From: Pyrinomonadaceae bacterium
GTDB lineage: Bacteria; Acidobacteriota; Blastocatellia; Pyrinomonadales; Pyrinomonadaceae
Length of the DNA stretch: 61,524 nucleotides
Reading direction: 5' to 3'
Assembly (NCBI GenBank): GCA_035275005.1
Contig: DATENQ010000564.1
Location: 1-61,524, forward strand
Of this stretch, positions 10,110 to 19,000 are shown piece by piece. Numbering within the stretch: position 1 is the stretch's first letter; each line of letters starts with the position of its first letter. A program made the translations under genes and the position numbers. The notes beneath the pieces are model-generated. The model was not told the DNA's origin. It searched no databases and worked only from the letters and a program-made list of their open reading frames with translations.

Positions 10110-11324
10110 TCAGCCTCGGTAAGAAGCAGTGGGATTTGTTGGCACCACACAATGGCTGGCAATGCAATCGTGATTGACGGTATCGTCAAAACCACGCTGG
10201 ATGAGCGCAGCTATTCGGTCTCGATCGAAATTCAGTAGTCCCAGGGCGCCGAATCCCAGGTCGTCATGCGGGTGATAACGGTGAATCGTGAGCCTTTTGT
10301 AAGGAAGGCCGGCTCTATCTCTGTTCGCGATCCGCGACGCGACGCGGATGAAGGTGCGAAGCTCTCCTTTAGACTCGAAGTCGCCGGCGCGCTCAATCAG
10401 ATCGAGGCCTTCATTAATCCGCCTGGCATTATCTACGTCTTCGTTCACTTTCGTTGCCCACGTGATGATGAGAACGCGATCGAATACCTCGATGGTGCTC
10501 TGCAGGCGATGGAGTGGAATGTTCTGAACATCGGGATCCATGTAGATGACGTGAAGCTCGGTGGCGCCGGTGTCAATCGCGCAGTTGAGCGGCGTGTTCG
10601 TCAGCACTCCGCCGTCAACGTAAAGATCGCCTGCTATGTCGTGTGCCTGGAAGATTCCAGGAAGGGAGGCTGAAGCCTCGATGATGGCAAAGCCAAGATC
10701 GTCTGTCATGTCACTGTTTTCGAACGTTCTCACGATCCCTTTGGACCAGTTCGTCGTTACGATCCTCAGCTTCCGCTCTGAGCGGCGGACAGCATCCAGC
10801 GAGATGATGCGAGGTAACAACGTTTGAATCGGTTCCGAAGTGACGAAAGCGCCGACGTCTATGAATTGCACCGCACGGTTTTCAAAACTTCCCGAAGTGA
10901 TCAGAAAACGGAGTGCGTGCTGGTAGAAATCTTGTGTGAGGGAAACAAGATCGCGTGAGAATTCATTGACCGTGCGCAAAGGGTTATCCGTGAGGCAGCG
11001 TGCATCCAAAAATCTGAGGAGATCGCCGCGGTAACGAAAGACACCGTTTCCACACCTTTCAGGATTGGCGCTGATTCGGTTGATCCACACGTCTTCCAGT
11101 AAACGAATCAGCGTGCAAATATCCGTGTCGGGATTCGAAGCCAGAAACGCTACGTTGATAGCGCCCGCCGACGTTCCCGTCATGACGCCGGGATTCAAAA
11201 ACTGGTAACCAGTCGCGTGACATTCGCCGGTGAAGAGGGCTTTCATCACGCCAACTTCGTATGCCGCGTAAGCACCGCCGCCCGAGAGAATAACTGCCGC
11301 GTTTTGATCGATGGTTCTATTCAA
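10110..11324 (-). CDS. patatin-like phospholipase
   Basis: Oxyanion SGGGAYAAYEVG, nucleophile elbow GTSAG (GxSxG), catalytic Asp in VDGGV. TTG start overlaps the upstream TGA (TTGA). Confidence 0.85.
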   Translation of the reverse strand: MNRTIDQNAAVILSGGGAYAAYEVGVMKALFTGECHATGYQFLNPGVMTGTSAGAINVAFLASNPDTDICTLIRLLEDVWINRISANPERCGNGVFRYRGDLLRFLDARCLTDNPLRTVNEFSRDLVSLTQDFYQHALRFLITSGSFENRAVQFIDVGAFVTSEPIQTLLPRIISLDAVRRSERKLRIVTTNWSKGIVRTFENSDMTDDLGFAIIEASASLPGIFQAHDIAGDLYVDGGVLTNTPLNCAIDTGATELHVIYMDPDVQNIPLHRLQSTIEVFDRVLIITWATKVNEDVDNARRINEGLDLIERAGDFESKGELRTFIRVASRIANRDRAGLPYKRLTIHRYHPHDDLGFGALGLLNFDRDRIAALIQRGFDDTVNHDCIASHCVVPTNPTASYRG

Positions 11325-12601
11325 AAACTGGTTCCTTCTTTCACACCTTCAGGCACTTGCTCGCGGTCCAACCAACTCTGCACGTGTCTCCATGTCGCCA
11401 GCGTGCCTGAGATCATTTCGTAGTGCTCCATGAAGTGAGTCAAAAGCATTGGATCGCGCTCGAGAGTCTTTAGCGACGTACATAACTCGTCTTCCGCGAA
11501 GCTTCCGGTAGCAATGTTGACGGCCGCAATGTAGGCAGTCACCGGATCCAGATTTTGTAAGCGGGGTGAAAGACGTTCGAGCGTGTTGCGAACGGGGGTG
11601 AGAAAACGTGAGACAAGCCCCAGCGTCATCAGGTCAGCGAAGGCAAAACCTATGGAAACGGGGTTAATATCGAGATCCAGAACTCGCTGGGGACGATTCG
11701 ATACGAACACCATTCGCACATTTATTTTTCCGCAACGGTCCACTTCGAAATCAATGAGCTGGAAGCCCGCCTCGAAGTGACCTGGACCATAGGCAAAGAT
11801 TGTCGGGCCTGGAGCCGGCTTTAGCAGGGCATAACCAACGCCGTACCGGCCGAGGCAGTCAGGTGTTGGATCGTCGATGTTCGTGACGAAGTCGCTGCTG
11901 ATAACAATGTAAGTCTCCGCGCGAAGGGGAAAGTTCAGCGAGAGCAAATCGCCCGCGAAAGGAGTAAACGCGAGATTGAAGTTGAATATATCAACCTGCA
12001 GAACAATCCATTCGTAGATGTCGGCCAGCCGGCGAACGTCAGAGATGCGTGGTTGAAGATGAGCGGGAAACCTTCCTATAGCCCCCGATCCACGAAGCTT
12101 GTAGTAGAGCTGCGTGTAACCGAATCCTCCCTTTTCGTCAACCGGGTTGGGACAAAAGCTGAACGGCTGGAATACGCGACTGGCGTTTGCCTTGCGCAAT
12201 TGATCCTTTGGAACATACGCGGTGGGCTGGTGAAAAGAGCTAACGCGCATGAAGTAATGCAGAACGAATTCGCGAAGCTCGTCGCGCACTTTGACAGGAA
12301 GTGATTGCTTAGGCTGATCAAAGAGCATCTCCTGCACGAGGCCCATGACCGGCAGCGTGTTATTGCCTATTGGCGCGACGTCGAAGAATCCGGTTACACG
12401 GGCCGCACGGTTGAAGATACGTGCCAGTTCGAAGGGTTCGGCGTAGGAGTTAGTCGCTTCTTTCTGCTGCCACCAACGTTTCAGGTTAAGACCAGCAGCG
12501 AGCGCGCGTTCAGCGTCGTCGATGACGACACGATCAGCTTCGCTAAGCGTCTCCGCGCATTGACGGTAGACGGGATCGTTGATGGCCTCCCAGACTTCCA
12601 T
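11321..12601 (-). CDS. hypothetical protein (426 aa, no recognisable domain)
   Basis: Long uninterrupted ORF, tightly spaced with its neighbours (17 nt upstream gap, 4-nt overlap downstream). I recognise no family motif. Confidence 0.6.
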   Translation of the reverse strand: MEVWEAINDPVYRQCAETLSEADRVVIDDAERALAAGLNLKRWWQQKEATNSYAEPFELARIFNRAARVTGFFDVAPIGNNTLPVMGLVQEMLFDQPKQSLPVKVRDELREFVLHYFMRVSSFHQPTAYVPKDQLRKANASRVFQPFSFCPNPVDEKGGFGYTQLYYKLRGSGAIGRFPAHLQPRISDVRRLADIYEWIVLQVDIFNFNLAFTPFAGDLLSLNFPLRAETYIVISSDFVTNIDDPTPDCLGRYGVGYALLKPAPGPTIFAYGPGHFEAGFQLIDFEVDRCGKINVRMVFVSNRPQRVLDLDINPVSIGFAFADLMTLGLVSRFLTPVRNTLERLSPRLQNLDPVTAYIAAVNIATGSFAEDELCTSLKTLERDPMLLTHFMEHYEMISGTLATWRHVQSWLDREQVPEGVKEGTSF

Positions 12602-12618
12602 TGAAAACTATGCCTCAT

Positions 12619-13920
12619 TCACTCATGCCACTCCCTCTTCATCGCTTCGCGGAAGCGTCCCTGCGGATCGTAGAAGCGAAAGACGTAGAGGTTTGAGAGT
12701 GTGCGTGGGAAGACGCTGATGGCGGAGTTCATCGACATCATCCCATCTGCCTGATCGAAAAATCCTGTTCCACCCAGAATTGGTCCAAAACCGGCGAAGC
12801 GGAAGACGGGCATCGGTGCGCCCTGAAGCGGAGTACGCATTGCGCGACCTTCGACCATGTTGGTCAGGACAGTTCCCAGCGAGTTGCCTTTGCGGTCGTA
12901 AAAGGTGAATACGCCGTTCGTCGTCTGGATTGGAGAAACCGTTGTAGGGGCGAGAGGGTTGAAGTGCAGCGTCGCGCTGACATCACCGACAATTGGTCCT
13001 TCAACGGTGCGGCTGCGCGGCGCGCCTGAAGCAAGATCGAAGTCAATACGAACGAGCCGTAGCCGCTCATAGACTTGTGAGCCGAGTATTTGACCGCTCG
13101 GAGAGAGGTTGAGTTTGACTGGCTTTGAAGTATCCGTCTCTCCCATAAAAAACATGAACGTGGCGCTGGGATCCGGATCCGGTACGGGACGCAACGGCGC
13201 AGGCTCCGCTTCAGTCCGAAGTTTTTCTTGTGGGTCCATGACTCGGACCATCAGGTTCAGCCCCAGCTTCATCGGTGGTTGGATATAACCATTGATGACG
13301 AAGGCGCCGGTCATCCCTGCAAACTCGCCGAGTCCTTCCAGGATTTCGATCACCGCTCCGATTCGCAAACGACTCTGGCCATCCTCAGTGACGGGAAATG
13401 TTCGTCCGGTACCGAATGCGCGAAAGCCACTCCCACGAGCGTCTTTGAAGCTTAGTTGACCGTTGAGCATTGTGAAGCGCTGTGAGACGAAGGGATTGAG
13501 AATCGTCGTGGGTGGAAAGACATCCGGGGCGGCCTGGAAGTTCTCAGGGATTGGCGTCCAACGGATGTGCACGTTGGCAACAGGCTCGCCGACCTGATTG
13601 CTGGCCCGCAGTCCACAATGTTCGTCTTCAAGCACCTGGAAACGGTGAAGCTCCTCGTTAACGTTGACCGCTGTCAGTAGATATTGCGAGAGGACAGGAA
13701 TGCCGGGAATAAGAGGCACCGGCTGGTTCGGCATGTTCGGGTTATCGGAGTTGAAAATCGGGAAGTACGCAGCACTCTTCAACAGCCGCGTTACTTCTTC
13801 AACCTTGTACGTTTCCGGATTCACTCCGGGCGGGAATGTCGGTGGCAGCGGAAACGGTAATCCACCGGCTCCTGTATTCGGCGGTCCGGGCGGTTGTCCT
13901 TTATATATTCCGGCACTCAT
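12619..13920 (-). CDS. hypothetical protein with Pro-rich N-terminus and two AOC/dirigent-like barrel repeats
   Basis: Two similar halves each end in a barrel-type glycine motif, IEILEGLGEFAGMTGAFV and GPILGGTGFFDQADGMM. Compare ITGGAGIFEGAYG of allene oxide cyclase. Both halves end ..DP. Confidence 0.55.
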   Translation of the reverse strand: MSAGIYKGQPPGPPNTGAGGLPFPLPPTFPPGVNPETYKVEEVTRLLKSAAYFPIFNSDNPNMPNQPVPLIPGIPVLSQYLLTAVNVNEELHRFQVLEDEHCGLRASNQVGEPVANVHIRWTPIPENFQAAPDVFPPTTILNPFVSQRFTMLNGQLSFKDARGSGFRAFGTGRTFPVTEDGQSRLRIGAVIEILEGLGEFAGMTGAFVINGYIQPPMKLGLNLMVRVMDPQEKLRTEAEPAPLRPVPDPDPSATFMFFMGETDTSKPVKLNLSPSGQILGSQVYERLRLVRIDFDLASGAPRSRTVEGPIVGDVSATLHFNPLAPTTVSPIQTTNGVFTFYDRKGNSLGTVLTNMVEGRAMRTPLQGAPMPVFRFAGFGPILGGTGFFDQADGMMSMNSAISVFPRTLSNLYVFRFYDPQGRFREAMKREWHE

Positions 13921-13937
13921 GAAGAAACCTAAGCTGC

Positions 13938-14366
13938 TTATTTGTGCGGCTTATATGAAGCGTCGTCGGCGACTACAATCCCGACCGCTGCCGGCAAATC
14001 TGATCCGCTGGCATTGCGTCCACATACCCTCACCATGCCTTCACCCCGCTCCGAGGAGAGCAGCGCAAACAAAGCCTCACCTACGTATGGCTCATCCGCG
14101 GCAGGATCCCATTGCGTAAATACAGTTCCGACCAGGAAGGTGCCCGGGACGTTCGTAAACACAAAATCGCCACGCTGTCCGGCCATGAGAGTCTGGGTGA
14201 ACACACCCCAGATGAAAGATGTGTCCTTTACGGTGATGAAAAGATTTCCTTCCGGATCTTCCTCACCGCGCGCGTTGAATCTCCCCGTGACGATCTCGTC
14301 GGGCATTCGAACGTACTCGACTATTGTCGGCGGGTCGGCTTTGTAGCCAGTTTGAATATCCATCAC
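13938..14366 (-). CDS. hypothetical protein, member C of a local three-gene family
   Basis: RBS AAGGAG. Shares IVEYV.MPD, AGQRGD, FTQW and RVCGRN..SDLPAAVG motifs with the genes at 15499..15996 and 14430..15485. Confidence 0.6.
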   Translation of the reverse strand: MMDIQTGYKADPPTIVEYVRMPDEIVTGRFNARGEEDPEGNLFITVKDTSFIWGVFTQTLMAGQRGDFVFTNVPGTFLVGTVFTQWDPAADEPYVGEALFALLSSERGEGMVRVCGRNASGSDLPAAVGIVVADDASYKPHK

Positions 14367-14429
14367 TCAACTCCTTTTGTTAGCTCGCCCGAAAAGTCTT
14401 TCCTGTTTCGGGTCAGTACCCGATCCAGG

Positions 14430-15485
14430 TTACGGCTGAGCCGGCGGGATGCCTGAACGTTTCTTATCGCTCTCAGTTAGACGAACATCGTTCTGGAAGA
14501 TCATGTTCCAGTCTGGGCCAAGCATGATCATTCCCGCAGCAGCATGGCGCGGCGAGCTGCTTGAGTTTTGACCAATGACGCGAACAACATTGATGCCGCG
14601 TTGTAGCGAAACCAGCATCATTGGCGATTCGCCGATATAAGGAATATTTCCTCCGTTGCCGCCACCTTCTACTGCCTGTCGACGGCGTGAGACGATTTGG
14701 TCGCGCCGGACCCAGCGTCCGCCGGGCTCTTCCTCCTGAAATATTTCTGTGTGCTTGGTATCGCGGTCTTTGTAGGAGATGATGCGACGCTCTTTAACCT
14801 TGAAGACATTGCCCTCAGCGTCTGTCTTGCCGAAGCAATTGCGAGTCTCACCTAAAAGAGTCAACGTGCGCGTCGCAACGTCGTAGTCACCCTCGAAGAT
14901 ACTGAGATTCGACTGCGCGGATTTCACCCAGCAGGCGTGATAGCGACCCGTGTTGTGGTCGAACCCAAAGGTGCCGAACTGTTTGAAGTCCATGCCATGA
15001 AATTTCGCGGTGTAGTTGCTGGAAACCCACAGATCACCGGTGAAGCTGCGGAGCAGCAAGTTGATCTCAGTTCCCTCGATAGGTGTGGGATCCTTATCAG
15101 GTCCATTTTCGTAGACGCTAACTGAATTGATCCAATCGCCCTCTTCCCAGAGCAGCGGGCTGCTTCCCAAAGGATCTCCGAGCCGCTTACGGGTTATCGA
15201 GTGCGGGGAAAATGAACCTGCTCCCGGCATCCATTCGGTGAAGTTACCCGTTAGAGAATAGGAACCGAAGGTGTTGTTAAAGGTCATCGAACCCATCTGC
15301 CCCGGCTCCAGCTTGTTGCTAAAGTGGGCCCATATGTGCACGATTCCGGATCCCATTCCCAGGAAGACGCGTCCCCGGGGATCCTTTTCTCCTTCGTCGT
15401 TGTACCGACCAGGCGTGATCGTGTCGGGCAGCTTTACCTCTTCGACCAACATCGGCACTTCTGGTTTTTCTTTTTTGGGACTCAT
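14430..15485 (-). CDS. hypothetical protein, member B of the local family, carrying a ~190-aa inserted beta-rich segment
   Basis: GGAGG lies 5 nt upstream of ATG at 15485; the track start at 15557 would overlap the upstream gene. The N-part (LVEEVKLPD..PGQMGS..FTEW) and C-part (VVRVIGQN..AAAG) match the family. The middle segment (WINSVSVYENG..GRYHACWVKS..TLTLLGE..) looks like a DUF1579-type barrel (weak call). Confidence 0.55.
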   Translation of the reverse strand: MSPKKEKPEVPMLVEEVKLPDTITPGRYNDEGEKDPRGRVFLGMGSGIVHIWAHFSNKLEPGQMGSMTFNNTFGSYSLTGNFTEWMPGAGSFSPHSITRKRLGDPLGSSPLLWEEGDWINSVSVYENGPDKDPTPIEGTEINLLLRSFTGDLWVSSNYTAKFHGMDFKQFGTFGFDHNTGRYHACWVKSAQSNLSIFEGDYDVATRTLTLLGETRNCFGKTDAEGNVFKVKERRIISYKDRDTKHTEIFQEEEPGGRWVRRDQIVSRRRQAVEGGGNGGNIPYIGESPMMLVSLQRGINVVRVIGQNSSSSPRHAAAGMIMLGPDWNMIFQNDVRLTESDKKRSGIPPAQP

Positions 15486-15498
15486 AATGACCTCCGCT

Positions 15499-15996
15499 TT
15501 ATCTAATGTTTGCGTTCTGCGAGATGATGAAGCCTGCGGCTGCCGGGAGATCCTCACTGTGCAGGTTTTGGCCCACCACGCGAGCGATGTTTCTCCCGTT
15601 CATTGAGGCGATAAGAGTAAAGATAGCGTCGCTAACACGCGGATAACCTGTATTAAGATCCCACTCTGTAAAGAAGGATGTGATTGGTCCGGTACCCGGC
15701 ATGTTTCTAAAAATCATGTCGCCACGCTGGCCGGCGCGCAGTGGTTGGCTGAACACGGCCCAGACGAAGGTCACACCCGCAAACTCCACTATCACCCGCG
15801 TGTCACGTGGTGTTTCCTGTTTGAAATCTCCCAGCCACTTGCCGTACGCGTCGTAGTATCCCGGCTTGATGTAATCGATGGGATCTGTCTGACGTAAAAG
15901 ATCGCGCCAATATTGCGACGGCATTGGCGTCATATCGGGAAGAGTTACGTAATCGATAAGAACAGGATCGGCCAGGTTTCCCAGATCAGCTTGCAT
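15499..15996 (-). CDS. hypothetical protein, member A of the local three-gene family
   Basis: RBS GGAGG. Motifs LIDYVTLPD, AGQRGD, FTEW, ARVVGQN..EDLPAAAG. Confidence 0.6.
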   Translation of the reverse strand: MQADLGNLADPVLIDYVTLPDMTPMPSQYWRDLLRQTDPIDYIKPGYYDAYGKWLGDFKQETPRDTRVIVEFAGVTFVWAVFSQPLRAGQRGDMIFRNMPGTGPITSFFTEWDLNTGYPRVSDAIFTLIASMNGRNIARVVGQNLHSEDLPAAAGFIISQNANIR

Positions 15997-16067
15997 GTCA
16001 AACCTCCTTCAGGTTTCTTTCAAAACAGGTCTTGCTCAGAAACGGATATGTACATTCGAAAAACTCC

Positions 16068-19000
16068 TTACGAGAATGGACCAATGCATTCCACGTTTAG
16101 GAGGAATTGACGTTTGTGATCACGTACAAACCGCAATCCACGCTCGAGCGCATCAGGCAACTCTTTCGGATTCCTGACCGCTTCTCCGTCTCCTCCGAAT
16201 GCAGCTATCAGTCTTTCGTAAGCCGGCCAGGGTTTAACGGCGCCGGGCGGCGGCTGAAAGGCGAGCATGGGGAACGGTTCGCCGAACTTTGTATGACCCC
16301 CACTTTGTGCAGGGTGAATTAACTGCGTTTCGAGCGCGAGATAACCCCAGCCACCGTTGTTACAGACAATCCAAAGTACCGGCAGCTCATGCATCGCTGA
16401 AATCATGTGCGCCGCGCTTGGTCCACCGAAAACATACGTGCCTTCTCCTATTACTGAAATGACTGTCTTTTCCGGATCGCCGAGCTTTAGACCTAACGCA
16501 GCCCCAACCCCAAAACCGAGACCGCCGGCAGCAGAAAACCCGATGTAAGACCCGGGCTTTGTGAATTCCGTGAAGGGCAACTGCAGGTCATACTCCTGCG
16601 CCACGACTATTTCGTCGCGCTTCGCATCGTGGTGAATCAATTCCCGTAAACAGTAAGAAAGCCACTCAAGGGAGGTCTTTGGCTTGCCTCCCTCTCGCTT
16701 TGCGAATTCTCGGAGCTTTGTTTGCCGTTCCCGGTGTTGTTTCTTGAGACGCTCGAAACGCTGGGTAATAGCGTTATCACCCGCCGGCTTGAGCTTTCGC
16801 ACGGCAGCAGTGAGCTGTCGCACTGTCTCTTCGGAGTTTGCGGCGATCGCCTGACTTGCCGGGAAACCCCATACGGGATAACGGCTAAAGAGTGGATCGC
16901 TACCGATGTGGACCACCCACGCTTTGTCATTCGGACGAGGCCCCAGGCTCGGCACCCAGGGCATCGGGCAGTCAATAACGAGAATGACGTCAGCTTGTGT
17001 TAGCAGCCCTGGTGTTACAGGGTCCGGCGCGGTTGGGTTTGTTGGATCGTTATACTGGAACCCCTGATGCAGAGGATTCTCCGTAGGAAAGTTCATGAAC
17101 TCAGCAATCTGGAATTCAATGACCGGAATCGCCAATGCTTCAGCAAGCTGGACCAACTCGGGCACTGCTTCAGGACGACGGCCATAACTCCGAGTGATGA
17201 TGAGCGGATTGGATGATTCCGCGAGTCGCCTGGCGGTAATCTCGATTTGGCCCGGATCAGGATAGGCTACTGCTACAGGCGTTAGTTGTTCGGCCGCTTT
17301 GCTGAGCTCAAACTTGTCGTGATTTTCTGCAAGCAGCTCGCGAGGCAGTGTCAGGTAGACAGGACCACGTGGCTCAGTCATTGCGAGCGCAAAGGCTCGC
17401 CTCACGACAGTGTCGAGCTGGTCGAAGGAACGCAGTTCGTAATCCCACTTTACGAAGTTGCGCACCATCCCACCCTGATCAAAAGACTCCTGTCCCCAGT
17501 GAATTACCAGATCACGACTCGCGATGCTGCCAGTCTCCGTAATTGGAGGACGTCCCGATAACAAAACCAGCGGAACATTGGAACGCGAAGCGTTGATTAA
17601 ACCGCAGAGAGCGTTCGCGGTGCCGACAGTGCTGTGTACCAGCACGACAGGCGGATTGCCGGTTTGTAGGTAGTATGCATGCGCCATACTCATCGCACAC
17701 ATTTCGTGCGGCACGGCAATTGGCTGCGGAATGGGCCGCCCTTCTTCGCCTCCATTTTTATATTTTGCGAAGGCATCGATGAGCGATGGGACATCCGATC
17801 CAGGCGCTCCGAGCACATGCGTCACTCCCAGGTGGCCCAGGAGATGGAGAAACGCTTGAGCCGTATTCTCTATTTTTATAACCCCGGATTTCGGCTCTAC
17901 GGTCTTCTTGATCATGTCGGCTGCCTTTTCGGCAATCATGATCGTGGGCGCGTTTGTATTGCCTGAAGTGATGGTTGGCATGATCGACGCATCCACAACT
18001 CGCAGGTTCGCAATCCCGTGCACCCTCAGCTCCGGATCCACAACAGCTCCAGCTTTGGGATCTGTTCCCATCTTGCAGGTGCCTACCGGATGAAAGAGAC
18101 CGATTGCACTCGCTCTGATGTACATCTCAAGCTCGGCATCCGTCTGCATGCCTGGACCAGGAGCTGCTTCATCGCCGCGATACTCATCGAAAGCTGCCTG
18201 TTGACCAATCTCGCGGCCGAGTTTGAGTCCGGCGATCAGAGTTTTTATGTCGGCCTGTTCGGCGAAGTAGTTGGGACGGATGTCTGGTGCGGCAGAAGGA
18301 TCTTTTGAACTCAGGAAAATCTCACCGCGGCTAAGCGGTTTCACCAGTGTAGAGACGATCATGTAACCCAGTTCCGCCGGAAACGGAGGTTTTCCGAGTA
18401 CCCTGTGGGTGAAGTGAAATTGCAAGTCGGGCCACTGTGAGTCTTCGCGGGTATCAAGGAAGTATGCTGCTTCTACTCCTCCTGTCGCCGACTCCGGCGA
18501 TCTTGTCGGAGGCTTGTACATGTAGAGCACTGGGGCAATGGGGTGGTCCTGCAAGTTTTTCCCAACACCCGGAAGATCCTCGACGACCGTGATGCCCATC
18601 TTTGTCAGATGATCCTTTGGTCCAATACCGGAAAGCATCAGCAGCTTCGGCGAATTCACCGTGCCGCAACAGACGATAACTTCCCGGCGTGCGTTCACCT
18701 TTCGCTTGTCTCGAAGCTCGACTCCGATCGCGCGTTTCTGATCTAAAAGGATTTTGTCTGTCTCTGCGTTAGTCAGGATCGTGATGCGCTTTTTAACCTC
18801 GGGTGTGAGAAACGCCGTGGCAGCACTGGAACGTCTTCGAGCAGCATCGACATTCACCTGCAAGAGACTTGCACCGCCCGTTTGCTCTTCATCGTTAAAG
18901 TCGTCGATGTGGTCGATGCCAACCATTTGCGCGGCTTTCAGAAAAGCCCTGGTGGTTGGAGCCGGCGGATTGGGATCGCTGACAAAGAGTGGGCCATCTT

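Noticed and set aside
10107-10112. The patatin gene's TGA (10110-10112) is in frame with the halogenase ATG only one codon downstream, which looks like a fourth internal UGA.
   Set aside because: The halogenase starts naturally at METQTTQRYDVVIIGGG, with its FAD fold at the extreme N-terminus and a GAGG RBS. The patatin domain is complete before the stop, and there is no hairpin at +20. Being in frame has a one-in-three chance expectation.
13938-15996. An RGD tripeptide (AGQRGD) is conserved in two members of the three-gene family, which could suggest an integrin-binding motif.
   Set aside because: The third member has GQMGS at the same place. RGD occurs by chance in many bacterial proteins, and nothing in the context supports an adhesin.
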